From Acinetobacter phage YC#06, in the sequence record ON391949.1: a DNA stretch of 48,885 nucleotides, one strand, 5' to 3'. Of the stretch, positions 27,835-38,500 are shown in pieces (the first letter of the stretch is position 1; every line of letters starts with the position of its first letter). The position numbers and the translations under genes are program-made. The notes beneath the pieces are model-generated. The model saw nothing but the letters and a program-made list of their open reading frames with translations, was not told the origin of the DNA and made no database searches.

Positions 27835-28410
27835 TTGATTAATGACCGCCTTTTGGCGGTTTTTTATTGCCTAGAGGAAAGTAAAATGGCACAAGAATCC
27901 CGTTTGGTCATTGTTATTGATTCGCAAAATGCTGAACGTAATGCGCGTAATCTAGGCAATGAACTTGTTAGCATTGAACGTAAAGGTGAATTTGCATCTA
28001 AGTCTATGGACAGCTTGTCTGTAGCCACCAGAGCTTTAGCTGGACACATGGCTGGTTTATTAACAGTAGGTTCAGCCATTTCAAAGATGGATACATATAC
28101 TGGATTACAAAATCGCCTTAAGTTAGTCACTAACAATCAAGTTGAACTAAATAAAGCAACGGAAGACACTTTCCGAATTGCTCAAAAAACCTATTCAGCT
28201 TGGGATTCTGTGTTACAGGTTTACCAGCGTTTTAGTGATAATGCCAAAACTTTAAACCTCACAATGGATGACACAGCACGTTTAACTGAAACAGTTTCTA
28301 AAGCTGTAGCAATTAGTGGTGCAAGCGCAGAAGCTGCTGATGCAGCTTTAGTTCAGTTCGGGCAGGCCTTGGCTAGTGGAACGTTGCGTGGACACTGCTC
28401 GACTAACTGA
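27835..28410 (+). CDS. tape measure protein N-terminal fragment (true start likely ATG 27887)
   Basis: Ends just inside second copy of 121-bp repeat; the duplicated peptide DTARLTETVSKAVAISGASAEAADAALVQFGQALASGTLRG is shared with next ORF. Confidence 0.5.
   Translation: MINDRLLAVFYCLEESKMAQESRLVIVIDSQNAERNARNLGNELVSIERKGEFASKSMDSLSVATRALAGHMAGLLTVGSAISKMDTYTGLQNRLKLVTNNQVELNKATEDTFRIAQKTYSAWDSVLQVYQRFSDNAKTLNLTMDDTARLTETVSKAVAISGASAEAADAALVQFGQALASGTLRGHCSTN
27844..27866 (+). terminator. rho-independent terminator before tape measure
   Basis: gaccgccttttggcggt + T6. Confidence 0.55.
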
Positions 28411-28511
28411 AACAGTATCAAAAGCAGTTGCGATCAGTGGTGCAAGCGCAGAAGCTGCTGATGCAGCTTTAGTACAATTTGGGCAGGCTTTGGCAAGCGG
28501 TACATTACGTG
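28270..28511 (+). repeat. tandem duplication, period 121 bp, copies differ only at synonymous positions
   Basis: Copy at 28270 and copy at 28391 encode identical 41-aa peptide with about 21 synonymous differences. Confidence 0.9.
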
Positions 28512-31500
28512 GTGAAGAACTCAACTCAGTTATGGAACAAACACCAGCTCTAGCAAAGGCTATTGCTCAAGGCATGGGGATCACCGTAGGAGAGTTGCGT
28601 TCAGTTGCGGCTGAAGGAAAAATTACTTCACAAGAAATCGTTAAAGCGCTTAAAAATGTCCAAGATGAAGTTGATGCTCTTTTTGCTAAAACTGACATTA
28701 CAATTGGTCAATCATTAACTCTACTTAATAATGAAATTACTAAATTTGTAGGAGAGGCTGGTAAAGGAAGCGGAGCAGCACAGGCTTTATCAGGATCGAT
28801 TCAGTTATTAGCAAATAATTTGAATTTAATTGCAGACAGTGCATTTGCCATAGGTATTGGCTTAATGACAAAAGCCGTTTTAACAAAAACGGTTGCTGTA
28901 CAAGCGAGCATTGCTGCGTCAACCAAACAAGTGTTTGCCACAATTGCTGAACGTAATGCAAATATTGCAGCAGCAAAAGCTGAAGTGGAATCTGCGCTTG
29001 CCGAAGCACAAAGTACACAGGTGACACTAACGAACATCAAAGCTACTCATGCTCAGATCATGGCAGAAATAGAACTCGAAAAAGTTCGTTTAAAAGCCCA
29101 AATCACTGAACAAGGTCGCACGGCTACCATCACACGAATGGCTCAGCTTGGACGATTACAAGCTCAAGTTGCGTTAGAGGTTGCTGCTGCGGAAACAGCA
29201 CAGTCTGCAGCTTCATCTAGATTATCAGCAGCCTTAACAGCGCAATCTGTTGCTACTAGCCGTTTAGCTTTAGCAAAGTCAGCGCTTATGGCGATTTTTA
29301 GCCCAATGGGTTTAGCAATTGCAGCAACAGCCGCATCTTTCTATTTACTAAGCAGCAGTTCGGATGAAGTCAAAGAGTCTCTTGCAACACAATCTGACTC
29401 GGTTAGTGATTTAACAGATAAGTACATAAAGTTAAATACTGTGCAAGCATTAACAGAGGGTGTGCGGTTACGCAAAGAGATTGAGCAGCAAAATGATGCA
29501 ATTGATGATGCTAGTGGAGCTATCAAACGTTTTGCTTATATCCAAAAGGAATTATTTAAATTATCTGGCAGTGATTATGAAGATTATCAAAATGCCATTA
29601 AGTCTATTGCTACAGGTGCAAGCGATGCAGGTGATCTCTTAAAAAAGATGATTTCATCTGGTCGTTTTAGTCAGACTCAAATTGATAAACTTATTGAGTT
29701 CTCTAGTGTAGTAGCAGAATCAAAAAATAAGATTGAGCAGGGTAATACTGCTCTAAAACTCTTAAATGCTACTTCTGGACAACATGTTGAGGTAACGGCC
29801 GAATCAATTAAGCAATTAACTATTCAAACCAACTTAACAAAAGTTGCTACTCAAAATTTCACTGACATGAAAACACAAATGCTTGATTCATTACGAGCAC
29901 AAGTGGAATTCATTCGGTTAAATGGTGGTAGCGAAGAACAAGTTAAATCGTTGAATAAGGTAATCCAGGCATATTCTTTAAATCAAATTTCAGCAACTGA
30001 TGCTGTGGACAAGTTCAACAGTACTGCCAAAGTTCCTGCTGAAAATATCAAGGGGTTACAGGATTATGCTACTAAAACGGATCAGTCTAAAATTGCGTTG
30101 AATCAGGCTAATGCTGAGCTGAAGAAACAAAACGACTTACGTAATGAGTACCTAAAACAACATCAAACTGTACTTGGTGCTCAACAAGGAGAAACAAATG
30201 AATTAAATAACCAAGTCGCTGCACAAGAAAAGTTAAATAAGTTACGAGACAACGCCAACAAAGATATTCTGAAAAATGATTTTCTTATAAAAAACACTAA
30301 GGCATTTGGTGGTGGCGAAAAGGGTCTTGATAAGGCGCGTGCGGCATCAGAGTTTTATACCGACAATAAAATTCCGATGACTAGAAGTTTAACTAGTCAG
30401 GAAGCTGCAATTTTTGAGGCTTGGTATAAGAAGCAGAAGGAAGCCAAGGACTTACAAGAAAGTATTACCGAATCTAGCAGAAAGCAAACAAAAGAGGTTG
30501 AAAAACAAACCAAAGAGTCTGCCAAACAAGCTGTTCTACTTGCTGGAAATGATGAGCGAGTGAGAAATATGCTACGAGTGTATCTGGCATTTCGAAATGC
30601 AGGTTTAGGCGATAAACAAGCTCGTGTAATGACAGCTCAAGTTGGACGAGAGACTGATTTTAGAAATGAGGCAATGTTTGGTAGCCATAAGGATGAAAAT
30701 AATGGTTATACAAATACTGGATTTTTATCATGGCAAAAAAGTCGCTCAACTAAATTAATGCAGTCTTTACAAGGGCAAGGAGTCTTGGATAAAAACGGTA
30801 AAATCCAGCAAACTCAAGATGCATTAGATGCAATGGCTAAACACGCTGTGCAAGAGGCGATGACCGATAAAAGTTATAGTAAATCTAAAGCAGCTCTTCT
30901 TAATGACGATTTAGACTATCGAAGTTTAGAGAGAATTGTTGCCAAAAATTTTGTTGGCTGGGACTATGACGGGAAAAAGCTTGGCAAAGCTAAAGCTTCA
31001 CAGCATTTAGCCAAACAAGACTCTTACTATAATCAGCTTAGTAAAATTTTAGGGGATAACCCCGAAGCAGCCTCAAAAGCAATTAGTGATCTTTCGAAAT
31101 TCGAAGATGAAGCATATAAGGCACGTGCAAAAACTCTTGAGGAAATTAAGCAGCTCCAAGCAACATATGATTCAGAAACAGTTGCTAGAAGCAAAAAACG
31201 TGAGGAGGAAATCAACAAAGCAACCATTTTAGGTCAATCAAATTTAATCCCAAAAATTAATGAGCGTTATGATGCTGAAGATAAGTTAGCTCAGAAGCAA
31301 TTTGATTTTGAAGTAAATGGTTATAAGTGGACTGAGAAGCAAAAGCTTGAGTACACATATGAAATCAATTCTTTGCGATTAGTTGCTGAAGGCAAACTCT
31401 CTGAAGATCAAAGAAAGGTTGCTTTAGATGGCCTGGAATTGCAAAAGCAGCAAGAGTTAGGATTACTAAAACTTGCTCAGGAACAGCGGTTGTTTCAGGC

Positions 31501-32902
31501 TGAGCAATTCATGCTGGGAGAAATGGAGCGTATCAAAAAACGTTATGCGCTTGAGTATGATGAAATATCAAAAATCACTGATCTTGAAGAGCGTAGAAGG
31601 AAGATGAGTGCATTTCAGGCTGATTTTATTCGTAATGGTGTGGGGAATCCAACAATTGATCAGTATGATACCTCTAGTCAGTTTCTTAAATCGACAAACT
31701 ACACCAAGCCCAAGCAAACCAATATGCAAGTATTGGATGAAGATTACGCTCAAACTTATCAAAAGTTGAAAGATAATCTTGCAGCTGTTTTGGAGTCTGA
31801 AAAAGCTAGTTATCAGGAACGATTGGAGGCGGAGCGCGTATTCAAAGAAGCAAGACAGCAAATGGATAATGAGTACCACCTGAAGGCGATTGATGCAAGA
31901 AAAGCAGATCACGACAGTCAATTGCAATTATACAGTCAGATGATTTCATCTGCTTCAAGCACATGGGGAGGTTTAACTCAAATTGTTAAGGATGCGCGTG
32001 GTGAAAATTCACGCTCTTTCAAGGCAATGTTTATAGCTCAACAATCCTTTGCTATTGCTTCTGCGATTATCTCTGCTCATTTGGCAGCTACACAAGTAGC
32101 TGCTGATGCAACGATCCCATTTTTTGGGGCAAAAATTGCGGCTTCAACCGCCATGCTTGCTATGGGATATGCAAATGCTGGTTTGATTGCTGGGCAAACA
32201 ATAGCTGGATTCTCAGATGGTGGTTACACTGGATCTGGTAGAAAATATGAACCTGCAGGTATTGTCCATAAAGGAGAGGTGGTATGGTCCCAAGAGGATA
32301 TTAAACGCTGGGGCGGAGTTGGTTTAGTTGAGAAAATGCGTAAGAGTGCAAACCCTGAAGCTTTTCTCAATAACAATGCCTCGGCAGATAGTGTCATGCG
32401 CCGTGCAATGATGAGTTCTAATGCCTTTATAGAAAGCCAAAAGCAGGCTGACATCTTTAATCAACCAGTTCAAGATACTCAGATTATCTATAAGGGTAAT
32501 AGAGACACACCTAAGTTAGCTTCTTCGGCAAATTCTGACCTGTTCCATGATGGCAAGGTCTACTTCTCATCCAATGGTATAGTTCAGGATCGCTCAAATC
32601 TGGATGATGTTCAGGACTTTACTTTAGGACGTACTTCACGCCCTCAAGCTGAGATTATGCCTTCAATTGAGCAATCCTCTCCAACTATCAATTTCAAGAT
32701 TGAAGTCGTGAATCAAGTCAGTGGTGCAACTGTTGAAGCTGAACAACTGGATGAGCAAACAGTCCGGATCATTGTTAAAGATGAACTGGATAAGCAGCTT
32801 CCAAGAACGGTACCTAAGCTTGTAAGTGATCAAATCGCAAATCCAAACTCAACCATTAGTCGGTCTTTGACTGAGAATACGACAGCAAGACGGAATCGAT
32901 AA
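28376..32902 (+). CDS. tail tape measure protein
   Basis: 1508 aa, long coiled-coil regions, C-terminal hydrophobic/Gly-rich region. Confidence 0.85.
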   Translation: MERCVDTARLTETVSKAVAISGASAEAADAALVQFGQALASGTLRGEELNSVMEQTPALAKAIAQGMGITVGELRSVAAEGKITSQEIVKALKNVQDEVDALFAKTDITIGQSLTLLNNEITKFVGEAGKGSGAAQALSGSIQLLANNLNLIADSAFAIGIGLMTKAVLTKTVAVQASIAASTKQVFATIAERNANIAAAKAEVESALAEAQSTQVTLTNIKATHAQIMAEIELEKVRLKAQITEQGRTATITRMAQLGRLQAQVALEVAAAETAQSAASSRLSAALTAQSVATSRLALAKSALMAIFSPMGLAIAATAASFYLLSSSSDEVKESLATQSDSVSDLTDKYIKLNTVQALTEGVRLRKEIEQQNDAIDDASGAIKRFAYIQKELFKLSGSDYEDYQNAIKSIATGASDAGDLLKKMISSGRFSQTQIDKLIEFSSVVAESKNKIEQGNTALKLLNATSGQHVEVTAESIKQLTIQTNLTKVATQNFTDMKTQMLDSLRAQVEFIRLNGGSEEQVKSLNKVIQAYSLNQISATDAVDKFNSTAKVPAENIKGLQDYATKTDQSKIALNQANAELKKQNDLRNEYLKQHQTVLGAQQGETNELNNQVAAQEKLNKLRDNANKDILKNDFLIKNTKAFGGGEKGLDKARAASEFYTDNKIPMTRSLTSQEAAIFEAWYKKQKEAKDLQESITESSRKQTKEVEKQTKESAKQAVLLAGNDERVRNMLRVYLAFRNAGLGDKQARVMTAQVGRETDFRNEAMFGSHKDENNGYTNTGFLSWQKSRSTKLMQSLQGQGVLDKNGKIQQTQDALDAMAKHAVQEAMTDKSYSKSKAALLNDDLDYRSLERIVAKNFVGWDYDGKKLGKAKASQHLAKQDSYYNQLSKILGDNPEAASKAISDLSKFEDEAYKARAKTLEEIKQLQATYDSETVARSKKREEEINKATILGQSNLIPKINERYDAEDKLAQKQFDFEVNGYKWTEKQKLEYTYEINSLRLVAEGKLSEDQRKVALDGLELQKQQELGLLKLAQEQRLFQAEQFMLGEMERIKKRYALEYDEISKITDLEERRRKMSAFQADFIRNGVGNPTIDQYDTSSQFLKSTNYTKPKQTNMQVLDEDYAQTYQKLKDNLAAVLESEKASYQERLEAERVFKEARQQMDNEYHLKAIDARKADHDSQLQLYSQMISSASSTWGGLTQIVKDARGENSRSFKAMFIAQQSFAIASAIISAHLAATQVAADATIPFFGAKIAASTAMLAMGYANAGLIAGQTIAGFSDGGYTGSGRKYEPAGIVHKGEVVWSQEDIKRWGGVGLVEKMRKSANPEAFLNNNASADSVMRRAMMSSNAFIESQKQADIFNQPVQDTQIIYKGNRDTPKLASSANSDLFHDGKVYFSSNGIVQDRSNLDDVQDFTLGRTSRPQAEIMPSIEQSSPTINFKIEVVNQVSGATVEAEQLDEQTVRIIVKDELDKQLPRTVPKLVSDQIANPNSTISRSLTENTTARRNR

Positions 32903-32906
32903 TGAA

Positions 32907-32934
32907 CAAAACCGCCTTCGGGGGCGGTTTTTTC
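32907..32934 (+). terminator. rho-independent terminator after tape measure
   Basis: aaaccgccttcgggggcggtttttt. Confidence 0.65.
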
Positions 32935-33059
32935 AAACTTTTTAAGATTCAAAAATCTTCGTAATACTTAGAATGATTCTGAGAGAAATGATTAATTTCA
33001 TGTATCTTATAAAATAAATTCAGTAAGATTGTAGATATATCTTTTATCTTTATTAAGAC

Positions 33060-33818
33060 ATGAAAACACCAATTCCAAAAACCAAAATGGATGAGTTAGG
33101 TTCGCTGATAAACGGCTTCAAGCCTTTTGAAGTCCTTAGTGAGTTTAATTATGTAAGGTGTATGCGGTTACTTGATAGTAGTAAACAGACTGCACCTAAG
33201 GATCTTTGGCATGTTATGAAAGGGCTTATAGAGTTAAATGCTAATAATTTAAGTGAAGCAAATGAGGCAGCATTATATGTTTTAAAACATTCCAATAATT
33301 TTAGTTGTTTAAGGAATGCAATTTATATTTTTAATCATACTTTTGATTTTGATAATGTATGTAAAACAACAGATAAAATTGTAAAGCTAATTGAATTACA
33401 AAAAATGGATTCCAAAGGAATCTTACCAAGAGATCTTGGACTTATTTTCTTACTTAATGGTGAGTTATGGGCTAAGGACTCATCATTTTATAGTGAAGCT
33501 GTGTTTAATAACAGTTTTGATCATCACACTGTACTGGCTGATATCAATGATCGACTAGATATAAGTGAAAATGATTTCAAAAAGATCTCTTCTATTATCA
33601 AGAATACCGTTTTAAAGAATAATGCGAGAGTACTCAACCATGACTATAGCTTTATTGATGAAGAATTTTTATTACTTATATATATAAATAAACCTGTAAA
33701 AGAGATCATGAAAATTAACGAGGAAATTATTGAATTATGTTTTAAAGAAGGTCTTTTGACTGCATTTAACAAGATCTCATATACATTCGTTCCTTATAGT
33801 GAGGTTCTGAATGGATAA
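33060..33818 (+). CDS. hypothetical protein, first gene of two-gene moron
   Basis: AT-rich, own promoter region, translationally coupled to next ORF. Confidence 0.45.
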   Translation: MKTPIPKTKMDELGSLINGFKPFEVLSEFNYVRCMRLLDSSKQTAPKDLWHVMKGLIELNANNLSEANEAALYVLKHSNNFSCLRNAIYIFNHTFDFDNVCKTTDKIVKLIELQKMDSKGILPRDLGLIFLLNGELWAKDSSFYSEAVFNNSFDHHTVLADINDRLDISENDFKKISSIIKNTVLKNNARVLNHDYSFIDEEFLLLIYINKPVKEIMKINEEIIELCFKEGLLTAFNKISYTFVPYSEVLNG

Positions 33819-34197
33819 TAAGCTTTTAGAATATTGTAATGAAATAGCATCTGCTGAAACCTCATACCCAGATTTACAATTAAGAAATGTTATCGGTAGA
33901 GCTTATTACTTCACATTTCATGAAGCAAAATATCATCTTGAAGATAGATTGAGGTGGAAGCCAACTTCAGAAAAAGGTGGGGTTCATGCAAGGTTATATA
34001 GCAGTCTTCTCAGTTATGATTCAAATGCTAATGAACAAACTAAAATAAATGCAGAGCTAGTTTATGCAAAGATCAATTCTTTAAAAAAATTAAGAACTAG
34101 GGCTGACTATAAAATGGAAATAAAGATTACGCGCGAACTTGCAAATTTTAGTATTGAAGAAGCTAAAAGAATTTCTGAGTTATTTGAACTAATTTAA
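33811..34197 (+). CDS. hypothetical protein with HEPN-like Rx6H motif
   Basis: GRAYYFTFHEAKYH; ATG overlaps upstream stop. Confidence 0.35.
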   Translation: MDNKLLEYCNEIASAETSYPDLQLRNVIGRAYYFTFHEAKYHLEDRLRWKPTSEKGGVHARLYSSLLSYDSNANEQTKINAELVYAKINSLKKLRTRADYKMEIKITRELANFSIEEAKRISELFELI

Positions 34198-34211
34198 TTT
34201 ACAACATTTGA

Positions 34212-34240
34212 AAAAACCGACCTTAAATGGTCGGTTTTTT
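34212..34240 (+). terminator. rho-independent terminator after two-gene moron
   Basis: aaccgaccttaaatggtcggtttttt. Confidence 0.65.
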
Positions 34241-34258
34241 ATTACCTGAAGGAAAGTT

Positions 34259-34657
34259 ATGTACAAGTTAAAGCTAAATCCTCAGACCAGCGGCTATGGC
34301 GTAACACCGGGTGATGATGTGAAACGTCAGCAGATGGATGGCGGACGTGGTCGCTATTACATCGATGTAAAACGTAATAGTCATATTGTCGATGTGAACT
34401 GGAATTTAAGTAAAACCGATTTCAATAAAATGATGGCTTTCTGGCGGATCTATCAGAATAAGCCAGCTTCATTCTATGCGGATTTGGTCATAGACCAAGG
34501 AACACGTCAGCAATACCAATGCAATTTCATTCCGAACTCGTTCAAGACCAATGAAGTGAATGGCAACCTTTACCGGGTAAATGCACAGCTCGAAGTTGTT
34601 CAAAACCAGCCTAACCTTACGGCCGATATAGCTTTGATTAAGGATTGGGAGGTCTAA
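34259..34657 (+). CDS. minor tail protein (lambda gpM analogue)
   Basis: Synteny after tape measure. Confidence 0.5.
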   Translation: MYKLKLNPQTSGYGVTPGDDVKRQQMDGGRGRYYIDVKRNSHIVDVNWNLSKTDFNKMMAFWRIYQNKPASFYADLVIDQGTRQQYQCNFIPNSFKTNEVNGNLYRVNAQLEVVQNQPNLTADIALIKDWEV

Positions 34658-35163
34658 TGGATAACGAATACGCCAAGTTCTTTTTCAATCGTAAAGTCGA
34701 TGTTTATCAACTGGAATGTATTGAGCTTTCTCATCCTTCCTTTATGAACATATACCGAATAGTTCGTAATGATGATCGTGGGGTGTATGTACAACATAAG
34801 GAAGGATCCGGTCAGGTCTATTATGAATTTTTGCCAGCATCTATTCAAAGATCCGGAATGCTGGGTGATCTGGACCAGACATTAACCGTTTCTATCTCTG
34901 GTCTAGGTGATGTGATGCCAGATGAGTTTGAACGGGTAATCGAAGGGCAATATCCAGATGTAAAGCCAACCGTAAATTACCGGATTTACAGTTCAGACAA
35001 TCTGAACTCTCCAATGTTTTATTTACTTGGACTGCAACTCTCCAGTGTTGCCATGAACCATAAAGCTGTGACGTTCAAAGCTGAATCTCCACGATTAAAT
35101 ACCGCTAAAACTGGAGATATCTTTGCACTAGACCGCTTTACTGGTCTCAAGGGGGCTATATGA
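34645..35163 (+). CDS. minor tail protein (gpL analogue)
   Basis: Synteny. Confidence 0.5.
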   Translation: MGGLMDNEYAKFFFNRKVDVYQLECIELSHPSFMNIYRIVRNDDRGVYVQHKEGSGQVYYEFLPASIQRSGMLGDLDQTLTVSISGLGDVMPDEFERVIEGQYPDVKPTVNYRIYSSDNLNSPMFYLLGLQLSSVAMNHKAVTFKAESPRLNTAKTGDIFALDRFTGLKGAI

Positions 35164-35522
35164 AAAGTCATGATCATTTGCTTGATAGACAATATGACGA
35201 GGAAAACTACAACTGTGTTCATTTTGCTCATGAAGCTGCATTGGATCTATATGGAATAGACCGGGTGGAAGCACTTGAATTTTTTATGAAGCCTATTAAA
35301 GAAAAGGTATTTCTACCATCAAGGTTAAAACTTTTAAATCCACTGCCCATGCCCAAGGAAGGCTGCATAGTCGCCTTTCACTCGAGATACCGAAACAAGC
35401 CCCCACATGTGGGGCTTTTTCGTTTGGGGCGTATTTTGCATTTGCAGGAATCAGGCGTTTCATGGATGCCAATTCAAGTCGTTCAAGCATTTGGATTTAA
35501 TCGTGTGAGTTTCTATGATTAA
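35160..35522 (+). CDS. tail assembly protein K-like (NlpC/P60-type Cys/His)
   Basis: YNCVHFAHEA ... HVGLF. Confidence 0.5.
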   Translation: MKSHDHLLDRQYDEENYNCVHFAHEAALDLYGIDRVEALEFFMKPIKEKVFLPSRLKLLNPLPMPKEGCIVAFHSRYRNKPPHVGLFRLGRILHLQESGVSWMPIQVVQAFGFNRVSFYD

Positions 35523-38500
35523 GATTATTTATAAACAAGACCCTTTATCCGAAGACAAAACAATTGAACACGCCGAAACTTTGGGTCAATGGCTTACTTC
35601 AAAATATGATTATATGCCTGAACATGTCCGTATCTTTCATACTACAAGCAATATGGATCATGCCGAAATTTCATTTGCGAATGAAGTCACACCAAAGAAT
35701 GCATATGAATTAAAGCAGCTCGATTTCTTGCCAGGCACTTTCATTGTAATTGAGAATCCCAAGGGTATAGACCCCATAACTCTAGCTTGGATAGCGGTTG
35801 CTTCTATAGTTATGGGTGTGGCTGTTGCATTATTAATGCCTGTGCCCTCAATTACCCAAACCAACCAGAATAACAATCAATCCTCGTCTGCAAATAACGA
35901 ATTATCAAACCGTGAAAATAAAACTCGCGTAAATGGTCGTATCGCAGATATTTATGGTGCCGCTCACGATACCCCTGATCTGATTACTGTGCCTTACAAG
36001 GTATATGAAAACAATGTCGAAGTAGAGCATGTTGTTGGTTGTATTGGTCGTGGTCACTATAAAATTAACGGTGCATATGATGGTGAAACCAACATTGTTG
36101 ATATTGCCGGCGCATCGGTAGAAGTCTTTCGACCAGGTGTAGATATTGTTTCAGGTGAGCCATATTTTTCGCTTGGTACCGAAATTACCACGCCGCCACT
36201 AACGGTTCAGCATCAAACTTCTGTTAATGGCCAAGTTCTCCGTCCAGCAGATACACAGTCTTTAGAAGGTACGAACTACCTTCATTTTGCATATCCAAAC
36301 GAGATCCTTCGGGCATCTGCAAACAATACGGATTTAACCACTAAGTTTGTAAGTAATGACCGCGTAGAAATCACCAATGCCTCATTCACGTTTAACGGCC
36401 AGACTTATGATTTAAACGGCACTTACAGCGTTCTATCGGTAGCAGATGATCGAATGACGTTATCAAATCCGGCGGCCGTTAATGCTAACTGGTTAAAGCT
36501 TAAAGAGTTAAATAACCAACAAACTGCAGCTTTGTCACCAAAGATCAGTTCAATAGGTGAAAAATGGATTGGTCCATTCATTCTGGACAATGTTGAACGT
36601 AGCCGGGTGCTGTGTAATTTTGTGGCCACAAATGGACTTTATACCGTTTCTTCAGGTGGGAATCAGGCCGCTGTTAACGTCACGATTGAAGTTGAAGTAA
36701 CACCGGTAAATGAATCTGGTGCAGCGATTGGTAATCCGATGCTGAAGCAGATCATTTTGAAAGGTTCGGCAAAGTCGCGTCAAACCGTTGGCGCAACGCT
36801 GGATATGGTGACATTTCAAGGTCGCTGTAGTGTCCGTGCACGTCGTTTAACACCAACACCGGCGGTTACAACGGTAGTAGATGAAGTAAAGTGGCAGGCG
36901 CTTTATGGTGCTTATCCTTTGCAAAGCACAGTGTATGAACATGAAACGGTTTTTCGTGCGCGCACTTATGCAACCACTGGAGCTTTATCTGTTAAGTCCC
37001 GCAAGATCAATTTTGATCTTCAGCGGATGTTACCGACTTTTAAAAACGGCGCAATGACGACAGAGCTATTTCCAACATCAAGCTTTGCTGATGCATTGGT
37101 TTCAATGGCACTGGATGACAAGATAGGCCGCCGTACGATCGACGAAATAGATCTGGAAAATATCTATCGGACTTATAACGATGTAGTTGATTATTTTGGT
37201 ACACCACTTGCGGCTGAGTTCTGTACTACGATTGATGATACAAACCTGTCTTTTGAAGAGCTGGTCACCAATCTTTGTGATGCCGTGTTTTGTACTGCAT
37301 ATCGTCAAAATAATAAGCTCAAGCTTTATTTTGAACGTCCAACTGATAACTCGGTAATGCTATTTAACTTCAGGAATATTATTCCTGATAGTTACAAGCA
37401 TGATCTTACCTTTGGCGTGATGGATGACTACGATGGACTGATCTATGAATACACGGATCCGGCCGACGATAGTCGTATCAATATCTATCTACCGGATAAA
37501 GGGGCCAAGAACCCCAAAGAGGTGAAATCTGTAGGTGTGCGTAACAAGTGGCAAGCTCATTTTAATGCGTACCGGCTTTGGAACAAGCTTCGCTTCCAGC
37601 GCAAATCCATTACCTTTGATGCGGCACCTGAGTCAGAATTACTGGTTTTACGTGACCGGATCGCTGTAGCTGATTATCGCAATGGTATTCATCAAAGCGG
37701 TGAGGTGGTACAGCAAGAAGGTTTAATTCTCACCCTAAGCCATGATGTCGATTTCATTGCAGGCAAGAGTTATGTGATTTATTTGCAAATGGGGGATGGT
37801 ACCGTGGACCTGATTCCCGTTACGCCGGGTTCAGCCAAGAACAAAGTAGTTTTAGGGCGTTTACCGAACGGGGCCTTAAAGCTTAGTCCCGATGACTTTG
37901 TGAATACTATCTACACCGTAGTTAATGACGATACCAAAGGCTCACTGCCTTATCTGGTTGCAAAAAGAGAACCGGCTGACCAGTTCTCTAATACCATTAC
38001 TGCAATTAATTACGATGAACGTTATTACCTCAATGACAAGGACTTTATTGATGTGCCGGTTGATGATTCACCGATTTACATTCGATATGACCAGCTGGAT
38101 ATTAATCTGGCACGTTTATATCAGATGCAAAGAGGGGATTTGCCAACGACTGGAGAAATCAGTTTTGTAGTTGAAGCAGGTGCACTAGTTTCAAGTTCAA
38201 GTTCTTATCGACCGGAAACCAGATTTGTCTATAAATTCGACTATAACTCTAGTCCTGCAAAACGAGAGTATATCGTTCCAGCTGCATCAGAATTACCTGC
38301 TATTGATACTGGTGAGTTCCCACCTGATCTCGTGGTAAATTTGACTATTAAAGGTGCTGTTGTTGGACGTGGTGGAGATGGCGGGTTGCCACATTTGGCA
38401 TTTGGTGCATGGTCTACCGATCCGGATTATAACTTTACTAAAACCCGCCGTGACGGTTTTCAGGGAGCACCCGGTTTATTAAACCGGCACAGTAAACTAA

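Noticed and set aside
28740-29040. Minus-strand ORFs within the tape measure gene, and similar antisense ORFs in gpJ (35658-35876, 36423-36629, 37102-37308, 38683-38929)
   Set aside because: They are embedded antisense in long, well-supported structural genes.
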